DNA of 58,684 bases, the filler included, from Sphacelaria rigidula (Eukaryota), in assembly GCA_964200075.2 (NCBI GenBank). It is 8 parts of 8 records of this genome, joined end to end, with 100 filler letters (N's around TTAATTAATTAA, not from the genome) between each part and the next. Parts side by side here need not be neighbours in the genome. Positions count along the whole stretch, not along the records: positions 22,047 to 29,294 come from CAXNAA020015778.1; positions 29,395 to 36,642 come from CAXNAA020015779.1; positions 36,743 to 43,990 come from CAXNAA020015780.1; 5 more parts are not named here. The stretch is one strand, 5' to 3'. Numbering within the stretch: the stretch's first letter is position 1; each line of letters begins with the position of its first letter. Below the pieces are notes generated by a model. The model saw only the letters and a program-made list of their open reading frames with translations, searched no databases and had not been told where the DNA came from. The translations under genes and the position numbers were made by a program. Shown piece after piece: positions 25,301 through 39,902 of this stretch.

Positions 25301-26034
25301 TCGCGATATCTCCAACCTCGCCATGGTTTTCTGCCGACTCAAAGGTTATGGCGGCATATACATGCAGGTCACACAATATGTTGTACCCGATGTATGGCAC
25401 GGGATGTGCTTAATCCCACTGTGCCGATTCATGTCATTTTCTGCCGGACTCCAAGTTGGGCTTTTGTACACATGAAGTAAGTTTTCAATAAACCTACAGC
25501 ATACAGCATACAGCATTTTGTTTCTGCTGTGATCTCCTTGACCGCCAGAGTCGTTTCGGTGGCACCAGGTCACTTTGGGAGTGAAAATGACGATTCAGCA
25601 CATCGTCCCTTCACCTCTCAGCGGCGAAGGGGCAACCCCATCATGGAAACATGAACAGTGACTACAAAATTACAAAGTAGAACTAGCACTTAAACTACAA
25701 ACATGAAAGTAAGATTTTAGAGGGGAAGAAAACGCAAATGCTCTCCAAAGCAGGCGGGATTTTCAACGTAATCTCGCGATCCTGGTGCAGCGAAAACCCG
25801 GCATGCTTCATCTCGGCTTTGTCGGGACGGGCCCCCGATGGGGTTGGCGTCGGTTGGCGATGACGCCATAAAACACGCCGCTCACTGCGTAAGCTAGACA
25901 GCTAAGTTACCGATTTTTTCATGCGCTTGCGTTTTTTTTTAATGGTAACCATGATGGTGACCGAGCTATATCATATTGTGCGGGATGAGAGAATCTCGAC
26001 TCCGCGCAAAGATGATCGTACTTCATAGTGTTTA

Positions 26035-26210
26035 AATAGTAAGATGCTCATGAGGCAGTGTGTAAGCCATGGCTGTCTCTATAAGTGGCGATACCAGAAA
26101 ATAAAGCAACTCACTGGAGGCTGTCATCCAAGTGCGCAAGATCATCAGTACGCTTCGGGCCGAAAAACGTTAACAGGATGCAGCTGACCCTTCACACGAC
26201 TCGCCTAATA
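26035..26210 (+). repeat. Dispersed repeat shared with ~42450-42620
   Basis: aggcagtgtgtaa.c..tggct...gataccagaaaat...tggaggctg.catcca.gtgcg...tacgcttcgggccgaa...caggatgcagct in both places. Confidence 0.85.
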
Positions 26211-26371
26211 CACCACGGCGCTTCGCGCTTGGTGTTTGATTGCGAGCCTGGTTAGGCGAAAACCCAGCGTGCTCCGGCCCGGTTTTACAGGAATGCCAGG
26301 TCACCGGTCATATGAATATGGCATGCAAGTTCACGAGTACACCCTAGTCATAGATCGATGATTAAACTCAC

Positions 26372-26558
26372 CGGCCAGCTGCTGTTGTTGTGGTGGTTGT
26401 TGTTGATCATGGAAGTTATTGGCATGACTCTTGTTGATAAAGTGTTGAGGGGAATTGCCGAACGTGGGTGTGGAGAAGGAGAAGAAGCGACCGGGCGGGG
26501 TTCCTGGTGCACCAGAGGCCGTGTCATCGCCGCCAAATTCTTGAGTGTTGACGGGTGT
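26372..26558 (-). CDS. Next exon of the same gene (TPVNTQEFGG...QQQQLA)
   Basis: Polypyrimidine tract plus ttcag| acceptor in phase 0, and G|GTGAGT donor in phase 1. Confidence 0.75.
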
Positions 26559-27056
26559 CTGAACGGGAAAGGGCAAGGGAAGATGGGAGTAGAAGAAATC
26601 ACGCGTAGCAGCAACGGTCAGGCAGGCCCGAATTATATCGAGGTCAGTAGCAGCACCATGAAAATGAAAAGTCAGTAGCAGTCACGCGACGATGATGGCA
26701 AATATTTGGCGTGCATGAACACGGGTGGTACAAGCGAAACCGTATTCAGCCGAGCAGTGCACGGGCCGGCCGGTCCTTGAAAACCCTCGAGTAGTCGATT
26801 TCAACGGGAGAAGGAGGCGGTGGATGGGTTTCAAGTGTGTATCAGGTAGGGCACACCCCATATTTTAGTATTTTCACAAGTCGCCCCATCACCTGCCTTA
26901 CTCAGTCAGTGACTTGTATGAGCTCTAGAGAGGGGAGCAACAGCACCGGGCTGGCAAAATACCAAAATATCGGGTATACCCTTCACGACACGCACTTCTT
27001 GGGTTTGATGGGAGGCGCGGACGCGTCGTCACGACGCTGAAAGCAAAAATTCTCAC

Positions 27057-28217
27057 CGGTACCGGCCCGGAAAGTCCAGTATGCGGCGCCGACTTCGCCC
27101 AGTCATCATTGTTACCGCTCGCTTGATATCTGCCATACTCTGCGGCCTGCACTCCCGCCCCTTTGTCACCATTACCGCCATCTCCCCTGCCACCCTTTCC
27201 ATCACTTCCGAGAGCAGAGTTTGTTTGCGCCACCCCTTCCCCACGAGCAACTTCTGGACCGGTCTTGCTACTACCGTTGATCCCGGGCCAGTCATGGTCG
27301 TACTTGCTCCTTTGACCCGCAACGAACCCGCCTTTTCCATTCACTCGATGGTGCTCTCCTCCGTCGCCCCCATCATCCTCCCGCCGACCCGAATCGTTCG
27401 GTGAACCTTCAACACCCTCCGCCGATCCGTCGCGGTGCGGATGCTCCCCTAGGGGAAGCGGCGCAGGTGACTGAGAAGAACTCAAGGACCGGTTCCCACG
27501 GACGGAAACGGGGGCCGGGGCAGAAGAACCACGCGGTTCAAACACAGATCTCGCGGAAGATACCACTCCCCCCCCTCCAGCGTAAGAGTTTCTTGAAACC
27601 ACCCCAGAAGCAGACGCATTCCGCTTCGCGATTTCGGAGGCTACGCTAGATGTCGAAGTTGTCTCTGGAACAGGCCCAAGAGCAGGAGGAACAGAAGGGA
27701 CAGGGGGCCACGCCGGCGCTCTCTTCTGCTTAGCTGCCGCCTGCCGCGGCGGCACAGCCTCCGCCGCGGCATCAGCAGAACCAATCGCTTGCCCGTTCTT
27801 ACCCACGATCCCTGTCCCCTCTCGACGATACACACCCGCTGGAGGAGGCGGTCCGTTGCCACTCTCCCCCATTCGGGAAACGCCACCATCACCGATCAGC
27901 TCGTGGTTTGCGTGACGCGCGCGATCAGGAATGATGCGATGGGTCGGCAACATCCGCGCTGGACCCTCACCCACGGCACGGTCGAACCGCTTCGCGGCCG
28001 GAGAGGGCGCGGGCAAAGGTGGCTGTTGAAGGGGAGTTTGTGTGCCTCCAAGCCGCGGTGACCCGGGCTGGCCGGCTCCGTGACTAGGGTGACCCGCGCC
28101 GGCTCCCATGAAGGGGGACGAAGTGTAGGATAGCGCGTCGCTGATGTTACTCGCGCCCCCCTGGCTGCTCGTGCTCGACACGCTGCCGTCTTCCTGCATG
28201 CTCAGGGGAGCTCGAGG
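27057..28217 (-). CDS. Large exon of an uncharacterised Gly/Ser/Pro-rich protein
   Basis: GC-rich open frame of 387 codons, with acceptor tgcag| (or an ATG at 28223) and a phase-0 donor CCG|GTGAGA. Confidence 0.75.
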
Positions 28218-29826
28218 CTGCATTGTGTCGATTACGCGAGGGTCGGGGTGGGGGCGGAATCAATGTCAGTGTGGACTATGGCACTCAATTTGTGGCAGTG
28301 GGGGCCGTGTACGAGGGCAGGGGGAATGGGGCAGTGGGGGAGGTCGGAGGTTGTGCCCATTAGCCATGAATAGTTTCACATATTCGGCGAGTTTAAATAA
28401 TATGATTTCAATATTCAATACAAAGTACACTGTTGCTGTGGCGGCGAAGTCAATCGACTGTGCCGGAGTAAATTGTCCAATGTAAAGGCGAACATGCGTG
28501 CGAGGCAGCGAGGGCGGAACACGTGGGGTTCAGCGATGCACCAATACTCAACGAGTCCCGATCGTGTTGAGCTCATGCGGTGCCACGTGTCGCCCATGCT
28601 TCGCGAAGCCCTGCCAATCACATCACCCACGTCACGATATACTGTATACATAATGGGTCTGTGTGGAGCAAAGATACGTCTAGCGATGAGGAGAGTACAG
28701 GCGCTTGGCGAATTCAAAAAGCGTTCATCACTAAACTCGCGCAACGCCTCCGCCACAGTCATCATGAATCAATCGAAGACGAGACTACACGAGACACCAT
28801 CAACACAAGGACAAATAAACGGAAACAACACCGACACGCAACAATCATGTATTTCAAAATATCTCAATCTCCCTTTTACTCAGACCCGTGGTCCAGAAAC
28901 ATGACATTCCCGGGCAACAACGCATGAAATTCTCTGGTGGAAGATACATTACTACCGCGGCGAGCTGCAGATGGAGTTCGACAAACGACACTTTCAACGA
29001 GACCCCCCCAAAAAACCAGTCCAGAAGTGTCACCAAGAAAATGGCCATACAGCGCCTGCTTTTTGGGTTCAGGCTGCATGAAACGACGCATATGGGCGAC
29101 ATTGGCGAAAACTAACCGAACCATTGGAATTTCCAAGCTGCTTGTTGTGCTCGGCTTTTTCCGTTTCGATTTACATGTAGATTGTGCCTCCCTGAACCAG
29201 TCACTTTTTTTTTTTTGGGGGGGGGGGGGGGGGGGTGTTTAGTGAAGGCGTAAAACCTGGCGCATTGTTTTGAGCAACAAGGACCCAAAACAAANNNNNN
29301 NNNNNNNNNNNNNNNNNNNNNNNNNNNNNNNNNNNNNNTTAATTAATTAANNNNNNNNNNNNNNNNNNNNNNNNNNNNNNNNNNNNNNNNNNNNCCCATC
29401 GGGGGTTCGCCCCTACAAAGCCGGGACGAAGCACGCCGGGTTCTCGCCGGACCAAGCTAAGGGGGTAGGGGGGGAGGGGGATTTTCCAATCTTGAGACAT
29501 TTAACACGGTTTTGGCCCCCAGACAGGGAATATCGACATCGCACGTCTTGGACACGGTGCATCACCCCACCATGAGGATTATAGCCCACTTTTCGGATTC
29601 GCTTGGCTCCAAGGTTTCGAGAATAGCCTCTGAACTAAAACACGACTTGAAGAAAAAGTTCGACGTCTACAGGTGTGATGGCGGTATGCCTCGTTTTGGG
29701 GCCACATATTGTGTCCAATATTCCAAAAGTAGACAACACGCCCCAAAACAAATTCCAACCGAAATAAATGGTCGAAAAACTCGTTTCACAACTTGTTCGA
29801 ATGACGTCAAGGACGTTTTCGCAAAA

Positions 29827-32800
29827 TGCTGAAATAGCGCAAGCTCTATCCTCAATCCCAACCCGAGACATACCTAGAACCCTGGAGACAATTTGGTGCG
29901 GAGGATGCTCCAGGCAAAGTGCGTGTTGGTCATGTAGGTAACACACACCGATGCTATTCATAGAGCGATATATCCAATCACACTATAGGCGCAGGTTGAC
30001 TCGATCTTGGATACCTGGAGAAGAGAACTGGTGAACAAGAAAACGACACGACGAGGAGACAAGACTGAATATCTCAAGGGAAAAGCTTCCTGCCCAGAAC
30101 ACTACAGTAGATGATTCCGATCGCACTGCAGGAACGATCACCGACTCTCCCTTCAAGATACGGGCAGCTCGAGTGCAACTACGTGCGCCTGTATCCAGAA
30201 CATTATCGGATCTGGAACCTGTTTGCCATTTTGGAACTCAACTATTTGACACTTCCCCCTTGTCGCATATTGTCAGGAACATTTCAACAATCACTCAAAT
30301 GTCCATACTACAGTGGATATAAAAATACGTCAGATCGAGACGTACTATCAACTTCGCATCTCTGACGACTACGAAGAAGTGAACACCTCGCGAAGATAAC
30401 TCCCTCCCCAACTCGTACTGTGGTAGACAAACTCCAGTCAGGACAGCATACAAAGCTCCCCTACTTCACGAGGAACTACTTACGAAAGAAAACGCGTTTT
30501 ACGGTTGCAACAAGCACCCGAAGCTCAACTCCAGCACAAGCGTATCTTGCATGTGTCCCTCTGGTTCAGTGGGGCGCTCGACCTACGTACGTACGTCGCA
30601 ACTTGCAAGTGCTCAACAACATCTGAGCCAAAACCTAAGTTTATACACGTCAATCCTTGAATTTATTCGAAATTAGGGTGGCCAAACAAGCACCTACTCG
30701 TATGTTCTACCAGTTGTGCAGACACGTCACACATGCTTCGAAAACATCAGGTTCACGGCAGACGAAAGTTCGATCATAACGCACGTCCGCTTCGGTGGTC
30801 AACACCGCACCAAAACGTTGAAGAACCTCACCACCCCTTAGTTGTGGATGAAGGCTTGGTGCTACGTATACCGGATATTTGACGCAATATGAAACATCGA
30901 GCATAAATACGAGTATCGAGTTCAAGCTTTGTTCCCGTGCTTTACCCGAAGAGTAACGTTCATGAAGCCTTCACCCCTCAGGCGCAATCAACGCCTGGCT
31001 ATGCAGAGTGCGTGATATCCGACCCGCTTCAAAGGCGACGGCAGAGTAAGCCATGGCCTACACTACGAAGTAGACGTCTTCCCCACACGAGTAAACTCTT
31101 CGCCAGCGAGAAAGTTGATGTGGCAAAATCGCGAACCCAACTCAAAGTCGAACAACTCGAAGAAAAGAAACACTCTTAGCATCAACTGCACAGTTTTAAA
31201 TTCCTTTCGATCTAAAAACTCGTGCACGAATAACCGGACCGTCAACTATTGTCAAGACTGTATAAGCCCCCCAGCTGGGGACGGTATGCTACCAATAATT
31301 CATCCAGGTTCATATCCGAGTCCGTGTTGTGCTCCAAGTATAGACGGACGGCATGCTGCTCCGTTATCCATTGGTCGAATTGCAAAAATTAGCCATCAAA
31401 TCTCCATCCCTACGGTACCAAGCTTTCCCCTGGCGAACGGCGTACATGCCTGTATTGTTTTAAACTACGCATACTCCGGATCTCTCAGTCGCTTGTGGTA
31501 GCCACACATCACCTAGTTTCACGGATTCGTAGATGACTGCGTGTACCGACATCGTACCCTGAAATGGACAGCCAATAAGGGGTGAAGAGAAGAGCGTCTA
31601 TCGATGGGTACGAGATACGTGAATACCTTGTATGATGAAGCGCAAAAGAGTCTTGACGTACGCCTAACGCGCTTTAGTATGTTTGTTCTCTCAACTCCGG
31701 TACCATACTGCAGAAGGCAAAACGATAAGGTGCCATGCCCCAGCCGTGATGATTTATGCAAACCGCGGCTAAACCTCCCCGTATTCAATCACGGGTAAAT
31801 CATGTATGAGTAGGGCGCAACCGAATCGACAAACAAGATCATTTCCGCGTTCCAATATAGCAACGGGGAACAAACACGCGAAGGGAAAACCCACGTATGT
31901 CTTCCCGCCCCTTCAAACAGAGAGAACGAAGAGTATACGGGGACGCGGCCCGAATCAGTCGGGGAGCACGGCAGCAGGAGTCGGTGCCCTTCATCGTCAA
32001 TCACCAGGAGTTTACCAACGCCACGGCGTACCAATCACATAAAAAAAGAACGTGTATGTCATGAGGACTGATACTTCCTCAAAGTGGACTCGAGAGAATA
32101 AGAGGCAGCGGATAACATTCCGCATGTGGATCAGTTTCCAAAATCAGTCAAGCAAGACAAGAAGTTACCTTTTCATACAAACATGCCACTGTTTTATCCG
32201 GCACATCGATATCTTGCATCCAAGTATCTGGCGCAAACATAACCCTAGACAGTCAGAGCACACTAGCGACAACAACACCGTGGGGTAAATGATACTGCAT
32301 CGATCATCGGGAAAAATCGGATACAACTATAGAAAAAAACACTGAAGAACGTAAAACACATTCAACACAACCTGTACCCGAATGGGTTTGCCTATCTCGA
32401 AGGGAAATGTATGCTCGCTTTTGGAACGCACTGGTCCCCGACATACTCTGCTGATGTCTACCACGCGGGATATAGTGCATACCTTGATCCATCCGGACTT
32501 TTTCATCCCCAGGATTTTGACCCCATCCTAAGCCCATGAATCATCGTACATCTCACATATATACCGGAATCGATGCCCACATTGACCTCATCGGAGCACA
32601 CCGCATCTGTGAGCCCGTCCTGAGTCATCATGTCTGAGTGAAAGAGTCACCATTCGGACTAAAATCATAATCACCTCACATTCACTGAGCATGATATGCT
32701 CGATTCATCCCGTCCCCTCCCCGGCAACGCACTAGCTCTTACCGATGTTAGCGTCTTCATGTAAGCGCTCGTAGGAAGCGTCTACAGAGTACATCTCGAC

Positions 32801-34160
32801 CGGTTCCCTGTCTGACACCGACGACATAACACCGACGGCACGATGCCGTCGCTCACCTCACCGTTTTCAACGGAACCCTTTTCCAAGTTCCCCCTCGGGG
32901 TTGCACTTACACAAAACGTCGCGGGTTCTTGCTCCCCGGCAGTGACACCTACTGTTATTGCTGCCACATACGCAATCCCTACCGCTTCAAACATTTCGGA
33001 GGTTGATGTGAACGAACATACTTTCGTGTGTTTCGTTCTTGAACTCAGCAACCTTTTACACATCAACGACACGGTTATACACACCCTTTGAATGCCCTCA
33101 TTAGGCCACACGCCAGTCAGCTCAGCATATGCCCGTGGTGACCTTAATCGGATATCATGTGTCGACAGGTCCGAGCGAACCGCGATCTACTCAAAGTCGG
33201 GCGGAAAAATCAGCGACTTTGGTTTCTGGTTTCGTTCAGTTCAAATATGGTCACCGCACCCGCGATGGAACAAGTCATCAGACACCTCGAAGTCCTTCAC
33301 GTGCAAACCCGGCCCCGCGCATGACTGCGGTATTTCTTCTAGTTCACTACTTCCTTCAACAATGTCATAGCCTAATCCTATTACGATGAGTTGCACGCAA
33401 TGGCAAATGGAGTCTTTGCCTTGCTTGGAAACATTCGGCTGTTCCACGACTAACAAGCCCATCTTGGCGTGCTTGTCTGTTGTTCCATCCTCCGCGGACA
33501 GAATCGATATCCCAGTGAAGGTTAGTCCTGAGTTCTAAACCGAGTGCTAGCGTGTGGGTGTAAAGCCTCGACGTTGGGACACCGACAGCACCGACTGTCT
33601 GTTCACCCACACTCAACATACCTGTAAGTACGCCTCGATATTGAGGACTTGGGCATCCTGACAGAACTGTCAGTCATCCATACGGCGCCTACTTCATGAT
33701 TCTAGACTAAACTGACGCAGCCAGCCATTCACTCGCACAGGCCCAACCGCACAAGTCATGGGTAACAACACGTTCTCGGTTCTAACAGGAACTTGCTGTA
33801 GAGCGCAGATGGATGTTCAGAGGTATCATTTATTGAATGCACACAGCTCGATCAGGGCTAGAGTAACACACACCGATACTAGAGTCACATACCCATCACA
33901 CTGTAGACTCGGGTTGAATATATACTTGGACACCTGGAGGAGAAAAAAAAAGAGAACAAGAAGACAAGAAGACTGAATATGTCAGGGGCAAAGCTCACCG
34001 CCCGAAACACCACAGTAGATCATCCCGAACGCGCTCCAAAAAATCGTTACCGGCTCTTACCCAAGACACAAACTTATCGAGTGCAAGTACGCGCATACAT
34101 GTACAGAAAAACATCTCGGATGGCGGAGCGCTGTACCAAATTGGGAATCAACCATTCGTC
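29827..34160 (-). mobile_element. Old, decayed LTR retrotransposon, probably Ty1/Copia-like
   Basis: Diverged direct repeats at ~29935-30245 and ~33860-34155. On the minus strand a polypurine tract AAGGGGGAAG abuts TG at 30251, and a candidate LTR end ..TTTCAGCA lies at 29827. Weak protease-region traces (IDSG, VLNVFYVL). No intact ORF. Confidence 0.55.
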
Positions 34161-34213
34161 ATCCTCTTCGTGGAGGGGGGGGGGATCTGGAGAAGATTTT
34201 TGTCAAGTATGAA

Positions 34214-34640
34214 GACGCGATTTTACAAATGGGGGAAGGATTTTTATTGGGGATGAGAACTCGGTGAATTGAAATCTTCGTATCCACACCAAATCTTCGA
34301 ATTATGGTTCCATTTCTTCACTTGCTGGTAGCTATTGACAACTACAACACGCCATACAAATTTGAATTTCGACAACCGAAATATTGGGGTCCTAGATGAT
34401 TTCGTTTTGGGGGGGGAATTTCGGTGATCCGATCGGACCCCAAAAATGTTTTTTTCATCTAGGACCCCAACATTTCGGTTATCAGAATCCAAACTTGTAT
34501 GGTTTGTAGTACTTGTCAATAGCTACGAGCAAGTGAGGACATGGAACCATATTTCGAAGATTTGGTGTGGATACGAAGATTTTCATTCACCGGGTTCTCA
34601 GCCCCAATAAAAAATCCATCCCCAATTTGTAAAACCACGT
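34214..34640. mobile_element. ~425-bp foldback (palindromic) element
   Basis: ~200-bp arms, e.g. aaatcttcgtatccacaccaaatcttcgaa / ttcgaagatttggtgtggatacgaagattt and ggggtcctagatga / tcatctaggacccc. Confidence 0.9.
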
Positions 34641-37600
34641 GTTTGTAGCTTTGCAGGGTTCTGCGCAAGACGAAGCAGAACGGTAATGTTTTTTTTTGCA
34701 AGCGAACGTTTTGTAACACACTCACATGCATGTGTGTGTATTGTTTACAATCTAAGTAGTAGCTCGGCAGATAAGATCCCATCCGCGAGCTTGTCCAGTA
34801 GCTTGTGCCTAGTGATAATGGTGAATGTAGGGCATAAGAGCGCCGGTTGATGACGAGGACGTTCCGACGTTAACCTCGTTCTGGTGTCATGCTATGTGCG
34901 TGAAAAGGCGGACATTTGACTCCGATCTATTGAGACTGCTGCCGAGATACCCCCCTCCGAACCGGCCGCAACAGTGTACGAAGGCGATGATCGTAAATAC
35001 CGTTAGAGCTGGTTTTGTGCTGCACAACGCGACTCATTTGGGCGTTATAGCTGGGTTCGGACTGCTACACGCCTTTCATGTGGGCGAAATTGCTGCAAAC
35101 AAGCCCAAGAGTGGGATCGCAGCCGGTTTGTCGGACGGTCTCCGGTGCACTTTTTGTGGGGGGGCTATCTCGGGATCGGTCTTGAATGAGACCTTACTAC
35201 AATACGTCGTCGAATTTCCTGGCAGAGGTGATACTCGTTTCTAATGTGGAAAACCACGTACGGATCTCTTCGGTGCTGATAGTCCCAGGTGCCTGCCAGC
35301 ATGCGCATCGTGCGTTTTTGCTCAAATGACGTTTGTGGGGCCCTGTGCGAAGAGTCGGCCATTCACATGAGGTGCACCGTGCGACCATCTACATTTTCTT
35401 CGTACTTCGAGCTTTCCGGGAAAGATTTGACGTTGAGGGCTTTACTGTTTAGTTATCGCCGCTGCTGTCCTTGTTGAGGGCAAGTTGGCGTACGCACTCA
35501 ACACGAGAGGTGGCGACTGTTGTATTGTGTTTGTTGTTTCTGCACACCAAACGAAGGCACACAGCGTCGCTTACGGTGGGCCGGGACTCTGTGCAACGTG
35601 ACAGGCACGGCGGCATATCATGTCGTACAGTTCATGAACTGCACAGTAAACCCATTGACTTACTTAATTTTGTCATGATATGCACTACAGCATGTACGAC
35701 GTAGTACGGAGAGTATAGTACAGCCGCAGAGGAGGGTGTGCATGTTGGAACGAGGGGTATGCACGGCACGTGCACCGTTAAATTTATACATACAGGTTGT
35801 ACACCCCCGTGATATGCTCAAATACACTAACTAGCTTTCGGGCACGTGTATCTGTGAGGTGGTCGTACGGCTTCTTCAGGACAGGGAGGGAAGACCGAGT
35901 ACAGGCTCCGCCACACGTTTTTGCAAACAGCTTTCAGAAGAATTTCTACGGTCCGAGGGTTCATCGTGATATCCACGCTGTTGCAGTCCTGCCTGAGACC
36001 ATAACTACAGTAGACTTCGGCGGAGCAGTCTATGGGTCGACGGTAACACGCGAACGCAGTGGAACACAGTACAAGGAAATGGTGATAAATAAACAGAGTT
36101 GGGGGATCGTTACTGAGCAGGAGCAATGCTACCGGAACCAGCAAGCAACTGGAATAAACTGTTGCTGGAATTTTTGTTAGTTCATTGGAAAATATTTCGT
36201 CGTCATACTGAGTAACAGCTACTTCGTGATCCTAATCCTCAGAATTTGTCGTGCCTTTGCTTCACCCTCTGCCGTCTTCTTCTCCGGGGTCAGTTCAACC
36301 GTGAACATTTTTTGGTCTGATCCGACTCTGGAAGATCCGTTGGGCGATCACGGCGAGAGCAACTACATCGGCAACGTTCCATATACGCGTGTTCAGGCGG
36401 GGACTGTCCGGTACAACTTCACCCAAACAACAATTGTACGTTGCGCTCAGTAGCACGGTGAACTCGTTTTGTTATTGTTTGTTGTTCGTGTCGGTTGTCG
36501 TTCATTGGTTTCATGATAAATCGGTGTATGTGTGCGCGCGGGTACGTAGACGTGCCCCCCCCCCGCCTGGTGCGGCGAGAACCGGGCGTGCTCCGTCCCG
36601 GCTTTGTAGGGGCGGATCCCCGATGGGGTTGGCGTCGGTTGGNNNNNNNNNNNNNNNNNNNNNNNNNNNNNNNNNNNNNNNNNNNNTTAATTAATTAANN
36701 NNNNNNNNNNNNNNNNNNNNNNNNNNNNNNNNNNNNNNNNNNCGTGCAAGACAGATATGCCACTTCAGCCCCATATTTTGAATGAACCCCAAAATATAAA
36801 ATCGGCTGTTATATGGTAAAAATTGATGGGAAATGAAGGGAAATGAAGCGAAAACGCCCCAATTTTTTTTGCCTCCGGCGGCGCCTCCAACGGGGCCCTC
36901 TCACCAGCCGGGGGACCCCGAAGGGGCTCGCACGGCGAACTGGCACCACATTCGCGCGTCAGCTTCGCTGTGCTCGCGGCTCGCTTCGCTCGTCTGCTCG
37001 CCTGCGGCTCGCCGATAAATTTCGGCTTCGCCGACATTTATCGATATCGATATTGTATCGAGCTGATTGATGGAACGATATCCAACACCACCTACAATAA
37101 TGGGCGGTCTAACTATTCAGCGGGGTTTATGGGGTTTCCTCGCGTTCTACTCTTCGATAGAACTAGAAATTGCTAGCGTCGGTAGGTTTTGGTACAAAAA
37201 ATAGATGTCCCTCAGAACACAGTGCTCAACTCAGTGCTAGTTGGTGTTATCGGGCGAAATTAGTAAATATCCCGTTCATCAGGAGGGTGTTATTGGCCGT
37301 GAAACACAGTTTTTCGGCTCTGGTGCAATGAGTAGGCAGAATTTCAAAAAAGAAAAACTGTACATTTTTCTCGAATTATGATCGGGACAGGCTCGATCGA
37401 CCAAAAATACCGAAGAGTGAGAATCTGGGCTGAAACGTCGCAGGACCCCCGATGACCGGTCAGCCCGTAAGTCACTCAATATTGAGTACAAATATTTTCT
37501 TCTTCTCGGAATGTGGAGCGGGTACAGATATCTCCAGATACCCAATGTGATAAGCGGTGGCAAGCGAAAAGAGCCCAAGAAAATCGCCAATTACGAAGAA

Positions 37601-39671
37601 ATCACAAAATGCCTCAAAATGAATAGTTAGACCACCCACTACTGTAGCATGGCCAGAACGCGTTTGGGTCTAAATCGGCGCCTGAGGCGCCGATGTGAGC
37701 TCTGGCAACGCACCCTTTGTCCAGGCAGCACATTGCACACCCCTTGCCCGAGGGTTCTCGGTATGCCTTCGTTGTGGTTAGGGTTAGAGCCAGTGTTATA
37801 ATTTGTTATCTCCGCTGCTGCGAGGTCGCGAAGATGATTCTAGCTCCTGGGGGTTCGGTCAAAGGTTCAAATTCTACACCTGTCAAACATTCCACATATC
37901 TGATGTATCAGCCATCTGCACTATCAAGAGCCATTCATGGGTGTCATGTATTCTGAGGTCGTTAGACAGGGGTGATGTTTTGGCGTTTCGTGGGAAACGG
38001 CGAGGCTTGGAGGCGCGTGTTTGCGATCAGAGCCCATTTTGATTCCAAAAATACTCATCGGCACGGCCATCGATTGGGACGCCATTTTTTGCATCATCTG
38101 CGCCAAGGCGACAGCTACAATTGTACTTGATGAATTTCTTTATTTCATCAGGATGCAAGTTTAATAACGACATAAGTGAAAAAAAACACGAGTTTTTTTG
38201 CGATTTTCTGGATCACCGAAACATATTTGGTAAAACCATCCCGTTAGATTGTAGCTTGAACAAATACACGCCGGTGAGTAGCCGAGCCACACCGTGGTTC
38301 GTACTCCGGAACGAGAAAACTTTGAAAACGTGAAATGGAAACCCTACTAATATCAAAAGTACTTTGAGGGATTTTACGGCGTGCATAGTCAGGGGATGAA
38401 CGAGATCTCCGGTGTGTTCGTGTTTTTCGTCCGTGACACTTTTTACGCTCATTTTGGGGGGTCACGTGCGCCCGTAAGTGTCCAGGCACTCTCTAGCGCA
38501 CATCACGCCATGTTCGTCGTAGAGAGTTCAAATGCACAACAGCACAGCGGCAACTACAGCATAGAAATGATGGGTGTGGGAAGCGCCTTGTTCGTTGCAA
38601 AAAGAGAAGCTCAAGCATAGTGTATACAATCCGTGTTCAGGTTCTAAAAAACACTGCATAAGCTGTGCTGTTTTGTGTTGTGTTCAGTGTAGTACTCTGT
38701 ACACCATATACCACTGCAGAATTGTGTTGTGTTCAGTGTAGGGCCCTGTAATCCATGTAATGGAGTCACGTTTTGAGCAGTTTTTCGAAACGTTTTGCTT
38801 GTTTTTTTTAGAATTCCGCTTGTTTAAAAAAAAGTATTCTGAAAAAAGCGAGACAGTTTTCTGTCACAGAAATCCAATGCCGAATCTGGAATAGCCTGAG
38901 ACAACAGCCAATTTGGAAATTCGAATGTCTTCCCAAGCATCGGGTGTACATGGTGAATCTAGAACTGCAACTGCTTTTGGTTGCAATAATGCCGCCGTAT
39001 CCCGGTGGTCTCGTTAAATCCATGCACACCTTGGACAATATAGGGTCAAAATGCGGGACATTTCTCGGAAATGCTTGGACATGTACTGGGTATCGAGCAT
39101 ATATCATTGTTCAACAAGGCTGTTCAAGGTGTGAGTAAATCATACGTATTTCAGAGCTGTGGGAGGGGATTTGAGGGTTCGAATTGTGCAGAATATGTGT
39201 TGGACATAGATCTCATACGTAGATTCTCAGGCATGCAGTCAACCAGCCTGGTAGGAGCCAGTGCGGTTCAGTACGAAGTACCAACAGGAACGGTCCGGAG
39301 AGCAGTACTGTAGCCAGTGCTCAGTCTAGCCAGAACGGCTCCGTGGCTCTATATTGTAAGCTCTATAGTTGGGGTTTAGGGCTGAGATTCGGAGAGAGCG
39401 AAGGTTCAGATAGAGCTGTATCCCAGCGGGTGACGTCTGAATGAATAACGAGAAGCACGGCGATGTAGCGCCCCACTCGGGTACATTGTCTGTTCAACCC
39501 ATCAAGATCTCTCGTGACAATTGCCTTGCTTCGCTGTAAAACGGTGCACTGCGAGGAAGCGCGCCACGGCCACACCAAACACCTCACAAGTGCACACGAA
39601 TCAATCCGTACTGCGAGTGGGTACCCCTACATGCTTCCCCCCCGTTATTCTCGTGTTGTTCGAAGTATCTG

Positions 39672-39902
39672 CTTTTCACCGTCGAAATCATGAGTACGTG
39701 AGTAAACAAAAAAATTATTTGACTGAGTTTGTTTGACGAGAGTTGGCACGGTGCAGGAGTGCTGACCCAACCCGCGAGACCAAAATGCAAGGCGTGTACC
39801 GGGGAGAGATGGACTGGTCCCTTGAGACCACAGACGACTCGTCCCGAGGAAGGGGAGGGGTTCAAAGTACGTCGATCGAAGAAAATAAAAGAGAAAAAAA
39901 AC
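39672..39902 (+). mobile_element. 5'-truncated copy of the same SINE
   Basis: Shares gtgagtaaacaaaa, gagtgctga.ccaa.ccgcgaga.caaaatg and tcccgaggaaggggaggggttcaaagt plus the A-rich tail with 10420-10623. Lacks the tRNA head. Confidence 0.75.

Noticed and set aside
34894-36453. Possible coding exons on the plus strand
   Set aside because: No recognisable domain and no phase-consistent splice chain could be built.
38810-39130. Possible Ulp1-like protease remnant on the minus strand (LLNNDI..FDP..HWISV)
   Set aside because: Motifs are short and spread over different frames, with no convincing catalytic Cys region.
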